DNA of 53,832 bases, filler included, from Dimargaris cristalligena (taxonomy: Eukaryota): NCBI GenBank assembly GCA_003614675.1. It is 3 parts of 3 records of this genome, joined end to end, with 100 filler letters (N's around TTAATTAATTAA, not from the genome) between each part and the next. Parts side by side here need not be neighbours in the genome. Positions count along the whole stretch, not along the records: positions 1 to 17,938 come from ML002786.1; 2 more parts are not named here. The stretch is one strand, 5' to 3'. Made by a program: the position numbers and the translations under genes. How positions within the stretch are numbered: position 1 is the stretch's first letter; each line of letters starts with the position of its first letter. The notes beneath the pieces were generated by a model. That model searched no databases. It worked only from the letters and a program-made list of their open reading frames with translations, and had not been told where the DNA came from. Of this stretch, positions 1-11,754 are shown in pieces.

Positions 1-55
1 ATCTATCTTTTCAAATAAAGTTCAGTTTTCAAGGATTTGATTTCAGTTCTTTACA
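1..55 (+). mobile_element. 3' end of an LTR (U5-like), truncated by contig start
   Basis: 49/55 identical to the reverse complement of 53693-53747; contains AATAAA, ends ...TTCTTTACA (LTR-type CA end); similarity stops right after CA. Confidence 0.7.
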
Positions 56-676
56 ACAGGAATGTAATAATCATAATAAAATACAGTAGAATAATGGGGA
101 TATATTTCCATAATGCTAGATGCTAATTTACCAATCTATTGGTATGGGTTTTACTTATATGACTAGTCATTCTTATAATTCAAATTACTGAGTCATGACA
201 TTCTAATTAACTATTGTCCTATATTAAATAGTATCTATTTAATAAACCCCTTGTACAGAATGGTATGGTGGTTAATCATACCAATACCATATCTATGTCC
301 AGCCATACTAACTTCTTAATATTATTGAACTGTTAGCCATTATGATTAGATATTATTAATAGGGAGCAAAGGGGGGGTATTAATATAGGTGCAGCTAAAC
401 ATGAGGTACTGATTAGGGGGTGAATAAATTCAGAAATTTTGGGACAAAGTAGATTAATTGATGCTAAGTGGTTACAGGTTGAAAACTGGTGAAAAATTTT
501 TGTAGGAGCAACACCAGAGGGCCATCCAAGTATAGTTATAGTGGTATTGAAGAATATGCTAATATTCAGAAAAATATTGAAATTACCTGTGAAGTATCAG
601 CAGAGAACCCCTATAAGCACCACCCAGGCTGATTAATGATTGTCAAAAAATCTGGGCATTGCCATGGTTATAATAA
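56..676. mobile_element. CpG-free, AT-rich degenerate repeat relic
   Basis: No CG dinucleotide in 1-676 (first at 677); no ORF >=60 aa; abuts the LTR end. Family not identifiable. Confidence 0.5.
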
Positions 677-812
677 CGTAAATTATTACCTATTCTCAGC
701 AATATTAGTGATATTTTTCAAAAAAAATATTAGGCACTGACTTCATAGTTAATTTCAGAATTAATAAAAAATGGCGATACATATTACTAGAAGGGATCAA
801 AAAAAAGATATG

Positions 813-885
813 CGACCAGGCTTGGGGTCGAACCAAGGACTTTTCCCTCCGGAGGGGAACGCTCTTTCCACTGAGCTACGAGGCC
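813..885 (-). tRNA. tRNA-Arg(CCG)
   Basis: GGCCTCG-TA-GCTC AGTGGAAA GAGC-G-TTCCC CTCCGGA GGGAA-AAGTC-CTTGG TTCGACC CCAAG-CCTGGTC-G; anticodon CCG; T-run Pol III terminator just downstream; acceptor pairs 5:68 and 6:67 mismatched. Confidence 0.92.
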
Positions 886-1491
886 TACACGAAAGGTTTT
901 TTACTAGTATAATAATACCGAAATAAAAATATAATTAACAGAAAGCAGGTAAGCGTCGGTTTCTGTCACTCTTCTTTTTAACGTTGAAATTCAATCCTAA
1001 GACTTTTTTTACACCTCTTCGGAAATATATGATTGACAACTCTATTAAATGAGGTTCGTCAACTATGCCCTATTTTTATCAAAATATATATAACATTATG
1101 CATTTAGCAACACCATCCGAAGACTTTTGGGGTTAGTTTTACCAGCAAGACCATTTCACATTTGTTTTATGGGGAAAGGATTCAAAGAAGTTCCCCGGCA
1201 AGCCCCCCTTGTTTTGCGGTACTCGGCATCCGATGTCTCACTAGGTCATGCATAAGGATGTCGCTGGTCTTCTTCACTCACCCGGGAACGTTGTTGGCAA
1301 GTCATAGGACTGCTATTCCCAGGCCCATGGTATACAAAGCGTCGCTTGAGCCCCAAACCTTGGTGCTCCTCTTCTTAACCTTTCTTACACCTCTACCCAC
1401 CCCCATGCCCCTTATTACCAGACTACACCCAACTTATCTAGTGCCATTTCACCGCCTTCCTGCCATTCCAACGCATTCCCTCTACCTTACT

Positions 1492-3214
1492 ATGGAGGAG
1501 GCTATTAGGCTCCCGGCCCAGCACCTCACCCCGGCGGCTTATGCGCCCTTCGGCCGGGTTATTGACGCCAGTGCCTTAACGCAAACGCCGGAGGCCGGAA
1601 TTTCGGCCAACCAGAATACGGCCCGGCGACTCAATGCGGTTTCCCCGCTCACCAACCTCCGACCCGAAGGCAAAACCGAACGGGAGCCGGCGCAGCCTAA
1701 CCTGTGCCTCTTTCGCTGCAGCCCCCGCGCGGAAAGGCCGTTTCCGGTCCGACTCCTCGAACGCCACCCGTTCAGTACCCAAATGTTTATGCCCATTGCC
1801 GGACCTTCCCCGAAAGGAACACCGGGTACATCGCCATCGAAGAAGGGCTATGCACATCCAGCCCGAACTCCGGAAGATTACCTGGTAATAGTAGCAGAGA
1901 ACGGTACAGGTAAGTCAGACTGATAAGTTAGCCGGGTGATGTATTGGGAGGTCATAGACACACGGTCGGTGGTTTATTTGAAGGCTATTCGGACAAAGCT
2001 GCGCGGGCGCCATGAGCAGGTATCGGGGTCTGGTATATAATTTTAATGCCTGTATATGAACTCCTACGACGGCCAACCATGCCGCCAGTACGGGGAACGC
2101 ATACCTTCATGTTCGGCCCTCGGACTAATTCGACCCAATTAATTGGATTTAGCATCCTCTTGCTCTCGACTCTACCCTCCGAACAACCACCGCGTGTAGA
2201 TGACCGACCTAACCTGAACTCTCTAAAGGCCTTTGTGGCCCGACCTTGGCAGGGAATTACTTATCACCCAGGCATCTGGCACCACCCGATGGTGGCATTG
2301 CATCAGGTAAGCCGGTGGCCATTTCTGATGGACCTTTTGATATCACCACTCGGTCCATGACCATTCGCCTTATATTTTATCCAACCAGGCTTCTCCGGCT
2401 GCATCACCACGACATGTGGTGCTTGTTATGTTGGCCGTTGGCAAGCATGAGGCAGCCAAAAATGGGTGGGGGAGGGGGTGGTGCGGCCAAGTGGGGGGAG
2501 CTCCTTCGACAAGGATTGGGGAGGAAAGATGTCTGATAATTACACAGCCCAGAGGGCATGTCGGTGGCATCGCAGCCCTTCCTTTATATTGCACTTTCTC
2601 ATGGCAGTAATTAGTTGATCGGCCGCAGGAGTGGCAGGCGATAAGCAGCCGGGGATTCGTCCGACGGGTGGTGGTCCCCTATGGTGATCAGCTGCCATAT
2701 ATCCAACAACCCTTTCTCCGCCTATTCGGCTTATCTATTGGCCTAATCTTTCACCATCGGGCACACATGCCCACAACACCCCTGCCGTTCGTGGAAGAGC
2801 AAAGCGGGAGGGAGGGAGGGAATAGACAGGTGCATCAGCACTATCATCCCGAGTCCCCAAATTTATCTTCTGGAAATCACAATGGTATATCCGGCATAGT
2901 ACGAGTGAATGATGTATATACGAGGGACATTGGTGGATTAGAAATTAACTCTATATGGTTGGTGCTATTTTCGGTATAATTAAACGGCGTGTGTGGCGGG
3001 TACCCCATTCTTCGTTGAACGGGGTGTTGTTTTCCTGATATTTTTTCTTTTTAAAAAAATCATCCATACCACGGGTTACACGACTCTGTGGTTATAGACC
3101 ACCGACTTCTTATCGCTCGTCTGGGAGAACAGCCACGATAACGAAGATTGTAACGTTGTCCAGTTACCAGCTGATTTAATCATTCAGGTTGATCTATCCG
3201 ACTTCAGCCGGTGA
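1492..3214 (+). CDS. DAL3: Ureidoglycolate lyase/hydrolase (AllA/Dal3 family); exons 1492-1909, 2200-2306, 3098-3214 (~213 aa)
   Basis: Motifs LTPAAYAPFG, LLERHPFSTQMFMP, YLVIVA, LKAFVA..QGITYHPGIWHHPM, TDF...EDC; GTAAGT/GTAAGC donors and TAG acceptors keep frame to TGA. Confidence 0.9.
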
Positions 3215-5423
3215 ACGATAACGGGGGAAGGCTCATCACCGATGCCCAAATAGGTCACCATTCCGCCCTTCCGGGCCTGCGTTGTCCCGTTGCTCGTTGG
3301 CTTCCGTTGTTTTGCAAAAAAAAAAAAATCTTTACCTTATGAAGCACGATTTCTGGTGAAGATAAAGGTATCCATGAATGGAGCAGCCAAGCCAAGCCAT
3401 GTTCTGAATAATATTGTAATTGGTGGTAATACCAATGGGATTGGGTGGATAAGCCCTATCAGACGAATCAATAAGATATTATTATCCCTTTTTCGTAGTA
3501 TTAATCTAGTGCAACGCACGATTGTAAGGATTGTCGTTGGTATCTGAGGTTAGGAAGTGGAGGCGTAGTGTATAGCCCCATGGTCGCAGTACTTGTATAA
3601 CCAAATGCGACCGGGTAGGGTCAAGGGAGGGTTACCGTAGGTGGAATTCCGAATGGGGAGGGTGAGTAAACTAACTAGCAAAGTATAAATTGCGATTTTA
3701 TTGTAATATAATGAACCCGGTCTTCCGGTGGGTTTGACTGGTTTTATATGTCCTGGGTTTGTCTTTCCGGTCCGATCGAGTTGACTTTCGTCCGCGCTAC
3801 ATCGGGACTGGGATCCCAGGAGGAGGAGTCACGTGATTTGGTCAGGTCTCCGGGGGTCCTTGGCCTGTCTGTTGCACTTGGGTTAGTCTGTTTAAAATAA
3901 CACCGGTTAGCTAACCAGCCCCTGGGACTGGGGTATAATTGACCCGTCGCCAAGTCCATGCCCCAAATCGACGGACCAGTTATCGAGTGACAAGTTTAAT
4001 TGAAAAGTGGGTAATTCGGAGGTATAGTGTGTTAATTCGTATGGTAGTTTTGGTAAAGCAGCCATTTTCACGTGCTGAGTGGAAGAGGGACGTACATTGA
4101 TTGATTTCCACCCATCCCCCCTCCAATGGACTTGGGCGTTTTAACCGCAGATCTGCTTTAAAAGTGAAAAATAGTCGGATCGTGCGAATAAGGCACCTTA
4201 AGCCTACCCCACTATTCACCAAACATGTTGAAGCTTTATACGTAGGGCCCTGGCATAGATTTTTAGCAACGGGCCCGATATAGTAAGAGATTCAGGGGAT
4301 CATAAGTGACGCCTTTATCGTGGCAAATGGGCTAACCGGGATGCAGGTCATACCTCTACACTATATTGCACCCTATATATTGTCAACCGGAACTGATAGT
4401 AGACCCAACTGTAGAAAAGGCAGTATACACTCGATCAAATTACGGATGCGGGGGGGTTTCCAAGATACGGCGCAGACAACCCGATAATGAACAATAGGTG
4501 TGTACAAGGAGGCACCGCAATAGTGAGAGAAGTAATGGTTATACGTTCCACACCTCATCACCTCCAACCCCAACCGCTCTTTGCAGCTATACCTCAGAAG
4601 TGTGAATATTCTCCGGTTTTTTTTTTGATGAACTGATCAGAGCGTTTCAGGCATAAACTAAATAAGTCAAAGGGTAAACCTAGCGCACTAGTCGCCGCGG
4701 AAAGCACCGATACTGCTTGAACACCTTATCATGTAACCCATAAAAGGACAAATATACACCCGGTTAACTGTACGAGCGACCCATTAGCACCCTACCTTAA
4801 AGAAAAGTGCGGCCTCCACACTTCCAGGGCAACAGAGTCGGCTGATGACAGCACGCCAAGTCAAATTCCCCCATCGGAAGATTACCGATCCCCATGGTGG
4901 CTTGACTATTTTTTTTTGCAGTATTTGGTAGTTCTTAATTTGGCGAGCTATTTCTGGGCGAATTGGTCCAAATACCGATGGTAGTGGTGGTCTTGGGAAC
5001 ACATCGAACTGCCCCAACACCTGGTTTCAATTAGGGAGCTCTATATATTTCCGACTTCCATTCAATAAGCCCACCACTGGACTTGATCGGACCGATACGA
5101 CTGAAACTTGGCCAGAAGCGGCAGCCGTAAACGGAGCGACTATCAATCGAATCTATCATCAGGGGGTGGGTGCATTACTATTCAGTAATAGGGCAAACTT
5201 GTGTGTAACCACAGAGCTGAATAGTGCTGGCTGGGTAGCTCAAGAAGCCAGACGGGGTAACGTAATTACTAGACCCATTGATCTCGTGCAGCTTCATTAG
5301 AGTAGGGGAGGGTTAGATAGTTCGCCAGTTACGAGTCACGAATTTGCTAACTATCTACCCTCTACAGTAGATTAGCAACTGGACTATATATTACATGGAT
5401 TTCCGAATGGGGCATTATATCAG

Positions 5424-6157
5424 CCAATACACAGCCATGAAACCTTTCCGCGACAAGCCAACTGTTACGAACCAATTAGTGAATCCGGAGTAGATTTCTG
5501 ACAAAATCAGATAACTTTGTGCACCAAGCGCCGTTCTATTCACATGTCTGCCGCAGCTATTTGGACCAGATATATTGCACCTTCGATAATTTCCGGGGTC
5601 TAGTGCTTAGTGTATGAATATGTATATATTTGACCTTTTTTCTCCGGTTTTTCGCGAAAACAGACGGGTCCGACCAGTCATAACCATGGACGGTACTGGG
5701 GATGAAAATCGCCGTAGGTCAAACCTTGCCGATGAACTCATTGTATTGTGGCATAGATTTCCCTAATTAACCAATAATTTGTGGTTACTTGGGGGTCATA
5801 CTTCCGTCAGGCCATATTCCAGGCTTATCTGTTCCGAGTCCACCCACGCTCATCCCCGCCAATCCCTCCCAGCCCATAGCCTTAACTGGCAGTGGGGTCC
5901 GGGGAATGACTCACTTGAAACCAATTGGCTATGGGAAGTACGTGAAAGTTGGTCGGATCAGATAATTTGGCCTGATGGGCCGTAGGCTATGATTGGTGGC
6001 CATACCGCCACTGGTTCCGAACCCCAACGGTGGGAATGTATTATTAAAGTATTAGCTAGTGTATGGTTTCGTTGGGGCGACTCCACTTTACTTACTTATC
6101 AGATGTTAGAGGGCTTGGTTGCAATTGGACCGACATGGCCAAGTAAAATTATCTGAT
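5424..6157. promoter_or_regulatory. Cluster of 4 ATCWGATAA sites with interspersed CCAAT boxes (putative iron-responsive GATA element)
   Basis: ATCAGATAA at 5506-5514(+), 5957-5965(+), 6149-6157(-); ATCTGATAA at 6096-6104(-); CCAAT/ATTGG at 5424, 5472, 5771, 5859, 5921/5924, 5992, 6124. Confidence 0.5.
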
Positions 6158-7786
6158 CCGTTCACTCCTAAATCAGGCCACATGAATGGCCAAGGGGTTT
6201 CTACCAGTCAACTATAGATAACTAAAGCGGGGTGGGGTGTGTAGAGTAACCCCCTCCTGCTCTCCCTAATACCCGCTCATTCCCTACTACTCAACCTCCG
6301 CGACCCCATTTTTCTAGTCTTGGACCAGTAGCATGATAAGGAAGACTACGAATTTATGGGGGGGGGGTATATTGTCGCAGGACTCGGGTGTATCCGGGTT
6401 TTAATATCGTTTACTGAGGCGTGCCTAGCGGAAGACCTCGCCTAAAGTGGGGCGGATCGTCGCTATATAACCCTATAGTATGTTATGACTGCTGCGGGAC
6501 CGTTATTTAATCACCCTCCTATACGTGGGATGTGGGAGGGGACATAAAGTGGCCACTGTCCAATAGGGTGCTTACTCATCCGCTTACCTAGGAAGCCGAA
6601 CGCTGTCCCAGCAGGCCGGTGAAAATGAAAAAGGGGGAATGGCATATCTAAGTTATGGGGAGGTTTGGGCTTATCTATTTCCCTTTAAAGATCACCGCGA
6701 GTTGGTCAGAGAGAAGCCTTCCTTTATTAACTGAGATTTAGGCGTTTCCATAAATGGCAATGGCTCGTTTGCCAACCCTACTATAGCTTTACCTCCCCAA
6801 CCACCAGTTGCAATACCAATTAACATCGTGCCTATGGTATTGCGGGCTGATTGGTGGTTGCTGTGGATCCATTTTGCTAGAATAGGCCACCGCTACTGGG
6901 CTGGAACCTTGGTGTTGATCCGCTTACTATTGGGGCCTGAAGTTGACTATTTTTTAAAAGGGTATATCATAGCTATTTTTTGAACTTCCCATATCTATCA
7001 CCTGGTCACCACCAAACCCTTACAGTCTTTGGATCAGTTGCAGCCCAACATCACCCAATAGATACCGTGGCGACCGAAGATAGTAGGGCAAGCCAAAGTA
7101 AGGGGGAAGCGTTGACTAGGAAATAAACATCCGTATATTCGGACCCCTAAATTAATTTCCACCCAAGTTTGGCATAATTAGCACGCCATTCCCCAATCGC
7201 ACGACTATACCTAATCTATCCCTGAACCCTCCCCCCAACCACTCTAACCAATCTATACGTGCATTTAATATACAGTAGATAGCCCCATCACATGGACCAT
7301 TGTCTCCCGCTCGTCTCTCCCCCATCGGCCATCGCGTCATTATCGGTTGGGGTACTTAGTGCGGCTCGTCCAGGCTCGAGATAAGCAACCTGTTTCATCG
7401 CTTATTTCAACATTGCCAACCAAAGAAAAAAATATAAAGCCTTCGGAACCACGGGAATTGCCCACCCAATACATCAGGGACGAATAGTTTCAAGTAGTTG
7501 TGTCCCCGGGTTGGAGAATGATTTTGCTAAAGGACCCCAGGAAAATGAGCCACGTAACTCACCCGCCCTACCCCAGAACCGTGAAGCATTGCTGTCCACC
7601 CGGGAGTTTCGGAGGAATACTTAGTATAACACTATTGGACATACTACCAACGGGGGGTTACACCTTTGCACCACTCGAGATGAATTGATTGAGTTCCGAC
7701 TGGCCGGGTGGCCCTGGTGTGTCAGCTACCCAAAACAGTCGCCTTAGATAGTGAAGACGTGGCAAAGGAGGGGAAGACGGGGTCTT

Positions 7787-7810
7787 TACTACTACTACTA
7801 CTACTACTAC
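7787..7810. repeat. (TAC)8 microsatellite
   Basis: Direct reading. Confidence 0.9.
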
Positions 7811-10800
7811 GCCTTATTATGCCAATGAGTATTTTTGGGATATAAAAATTACCCGTCTGTCAAAAAAGGAAACCCATCCATTGGATTATCGTGATGACAA
7901 GGAGAAGAGAAAAGTACTGGGCACTACTAATGAGACACACTATTCTTCCCTACCTTTTTATATCAGGATGGGTAATCCAATCTACAAATGGGCGGTTTAA
8001 TGGCCCATTCCCTTATATGGGGGGGTCTGTGCAACCCACGATGGCCAGGTTATCGGCGGATAAGGCCTAGATGTCTATGAACAACATTGATGAAGTAGAT
8101 AAAGAGGGGAAAGGCATACCACAAACACGCTCGCGCGCCCATAATAATGTCAACAATAAGAGGGTATAATCATTTTTAGTGTATGTGTATATTATGGGGG
8201 AGAGTATAGTTCAGCTGGTTAGTTACTCAACCTATACTGACGCCATTTCACCTCCCGTTTAATCGCGCTTCATCTATAAACCCACGACAACGGGCGCGAT
8301 AAAACCGATGAAAACACTAGGGTCGGGCGTCAACAGACGGCTCGTTTATCGACTTATAATTGGTGCTTAATACTGGTGAAACCCGAATACGCGGTCGATG
8401 AGTGGTGCGATTTCGGAAGATAAGATGGATAGAATTATCGAAAGAAGAAGGGATTTTAGTAATAAAAAAATAAAACACACACACGCACACAACCGATACC
8501 ATCGACCTGGCTTGAGCTACAATAGCGGGGTTTGCCATTCATACCATATCTATATTCCGGTGTAACCTTGATGCCCCCTAATACTGCGCATCAAATGCCC
8601 GCAGTTTATTATACATGGTTATTGCCAAAGGCCTGCTATATAGAAATATAGGTAGGTCGATATATATGGGCATATGGGGATTTATACAGCGTGTAGGTAG
8701 CAATACTGATATGGGTCTATTTTAAGCAGGGCTCTTACATGGAGCCATTTACGGTGATTTCCACCGTCCCAATTTATCCACCCTCCGGTAAACACGCCAC
8801 ATCGGATAGAAGGGATTCATCACCCGAAGAATCCCGAAGCACGCCAACATCGATGACATTCTTCGCACCGGGAAGCTTGGAACAGGGAAGGATATATAGC
8901 GTAGGCGGGGGATAAGAGTATACCAAATTGGTAGGCTTAGTACGCCCACTGATAAGGACGTATAAACGAAGGAATAAGAGATATACACATCCCGCCACTG
9001 TGGTTACACCGTTTCATATTTGCCGTTACCTAAATTGGTCGCGATTAGAGGCCCGATACCAATAGATAGGGCAATGTGATATGAATCTTTTAATGTTGTT
9101 ATGGCTCCCCGGCCTATCAATATGGCCCCATGGCCTTAGGCATCATCAATCGGAGAGGAGTCATTGTGATTCCTACTTCGGTTTTGTTCCAATACCAATG
9201 AACCCCTTTATCCCCTCCCCTGTAAGACAAAAGGCGTGTCATTAAATAGTTGGAACGGCGTGGAATTTTATAAAATACAGCTGCAATGGAAATATTAGCC
9301 CACTACTAAATGGAGGCGACAACGTGATCTACAGTCACTATCGATTTTGATCAATTGATAATGATAGTGTAGATAGGTAGGCAAGTATGTAGGTTACATT
9401 CACCCCATAGTTTACTTACCCTACGCACCCACCCTTCATTTTTACGTAAGACTAAAGGAAAAACATTAAGGGGCATTAACAAACGGGGTAAACCATTAGT
9501 TCTCAAGAATCGAAAATAGCAAGGTAAACTACGGGAGGTCATTTGTAGCCCTTTGGTGGAAATGGCGACATGACCGGCATTCCTGTAACTCATGGCCCCC
9601 ATTGTCTCCACCCAAATCTTAGCTCCCACTCGTCTTCGCATTCGACGATGGTTAATTTGTTCGCCCCAATGAGCAACCAATTACGCCATTCTCCCCCCTT
9701 TCCCCTCTTTTATCTAGAAGTATTACTAATTCGGCCGTCCGCCTGCCTTATCCATTGACCCATTGTGCAGACCGCCAATGTATGCCCCTTCCTCCCTGCA
9801 TTGGGTCCAAACGCGGGACTGCCTAATTTAACTGGGTGATTTCGCTATTTAGTTTATTAACGGTATACCTAAGCGATAAAAAGGGAGAGTGAGTGGAGTG
9901 TGTGGGTATGTTTATTCAGTGAATAAAGCCGCAACAATCTACGTAGGTTTTGTCATTTTATAAACATACCCCGAGTAGCCAAGTGCAGAATAGGCAAAAG
10001 GGTGGGAAAGGGCCGTGGGGCGGATCTTGTTTGGTCTGGTTCATCATCAGTGGACCTAATCACGCTATCCATACACACACACACACATACCCCTTGACAT
10101 CCAAGCACCTTTTTGCAGTCCTCCAGCCACCCATATTTAGCCATTATTGTCGGGTTTCCTTTTGCAATAGCCGGACTGTTTAATAAAACGAGTTACATCT
10201 GTAGTGCATCCGCTTAAATAGCGAAAAGGCGTGATTAACATATATGTATATATATGGGGTATGGTTCTGTTGTAAAAAGTAGATAGAGAGAGAATGAGAA
10301 ACTGGGAAATAGGCCCATACAAAATCAAAAAATACTGCCACGAATAGCCGTTATGGAAATCCAGGGTTACATCCGAACTACCACCTGTTCACCTATTAGG
10401 TGCGTGGGTTTGTAGCCCCTAATTATTTATTTAAAAAAAATTGCGCCTTACGCTAAACCCGGTTCATGTCGGAAGTAGTAGGGGTGATTATTTAAATGTT
10501 GACCAATACCTGGGGCAAAGATGGACATGGTTGATTAAATAGCCTACGGCGTAGGATGAGGGTAGGGGGGGGGGTATGTACGGGTGGAAGTATTGCCGAG
10601 ATTAGTTCACCTGCCATTTTAGGGAGACTTTTCGGAAACTCCCGATATATAACAGTTCCTAATGGAAGAAACGTATCCCTAAAATATGTTTAAACGGCTA
10701 ATCGTATCCAGCCTGGCCCATACTGCTCAAAGAGTGCCCCCTCCCACCGCATCTCCCCCGTTTCACTGTAGTATTTTTGGGCTCACTCCCCCATAATCAT

Positions 10801-11610
10801 TAAACATTATAAGAATGCTTTCTCGTAGACGAGATCCTTATCAACGTCATTATGTTACTCATAGACCTGAGTGTGTAGCCTCGGGACAGGTTCCACGGTT
10901 CCTTATCGCTCAGGGTACTACACACTAGCCAATGGTTAGATACTGGCCGTTATTGCTTGTCCCTTTTGGGGAGTGGGTGACCGAAACAAAAAGGGGAAGA
11001 AAAAGAAGAGAGGCGTGGTGGTCAACATAGAGACTATCCCATCCAAAACCCCCACCCCGTTAATACGTTATCGGCACCCCATCCTAGTCATTCCAAACCT
11101 ATTGTTTTTTATGGCTCCACCCCTCCCCCATTTCACTGTACTACAGATATCATAATTAACGTGTAAAACAATGTGATGCCGAAATTAAGGATATTATTAA
11201 TATGTGATTGTATAGACATGCGGTCTTTTTTCCATGTAATGGCTTGGAGAAGTTAAAAGGAACAGCTTCATTAATGTACACTAAACTGCTCGTATAGGCA
11301 GCCCCAATTTGATTACAATCCCGCTCAGAAATAAGGGTGGGTTAGCACCTGACAAACATATTAACCTAAGTGATCACTCATCTAAACCACCACTGAGAGA
11401 CTTAAACCAATGTCCATGCATTTGAGAGGATAGTAAGTTTATCGGAGGAATCAGGAGAGGGGGGAGGGAAAATTAGATGAATCTATAGCAACTTGCTCTT
11501 CGGCCAAACAGAAGCTGCCTGGTCCCTGTGGCAATGTAGGGGGAGGCACATGGCTGAACTTGCAAGGGTTTAATGTTCACCTGTAGCTTTTTTGATATAT
11601 ATCTATATAT

Positions 11611-11754
11611 ATATGGGAGTAGTTCAACCAGGCGGTATAACGAAAAATCCATTAGATCGGGCCAACATTACTGGTTAAAAGGGTTACTCCCACATACTCT
11701 CCTATACACAAACCATATAAAACTTTATACAACTGGCTTGAATTTCACCCATAT
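11611..11754 (+). mobile_element. 144-bp MITE-like element, copy 1
   Basis: ~30-bp imperfect TIRs ATATGGGAGTAGTTCAACCAGGCGGTATAA ... TTATACAACTGGCTTGAATTTCACCCATAT; three homologues elsewhere in the window. Confidence 0.85.

Noticed and set aside
240..640. Faint copia integrase-like words (P..QNG, TD.GGE) in the CpG-free relic
   Set aside because: Wrong order, frameshifted and too short to assign a family.
1162..1491. N-terminal 110 aa of the 253-aa ORF
   Set aside because: Non-ATG ORF start in promoter/UTR-like sequence; family similarity begins at ATG 1492.
3212..3253. TGA stop of DAL3 (and of CCS1) as selenocysteine or readthrough
   Set aside because: Both fall at the expected family C-terminus, lack the TGA-CTA context, and no SECIS or conserved extension is visible.
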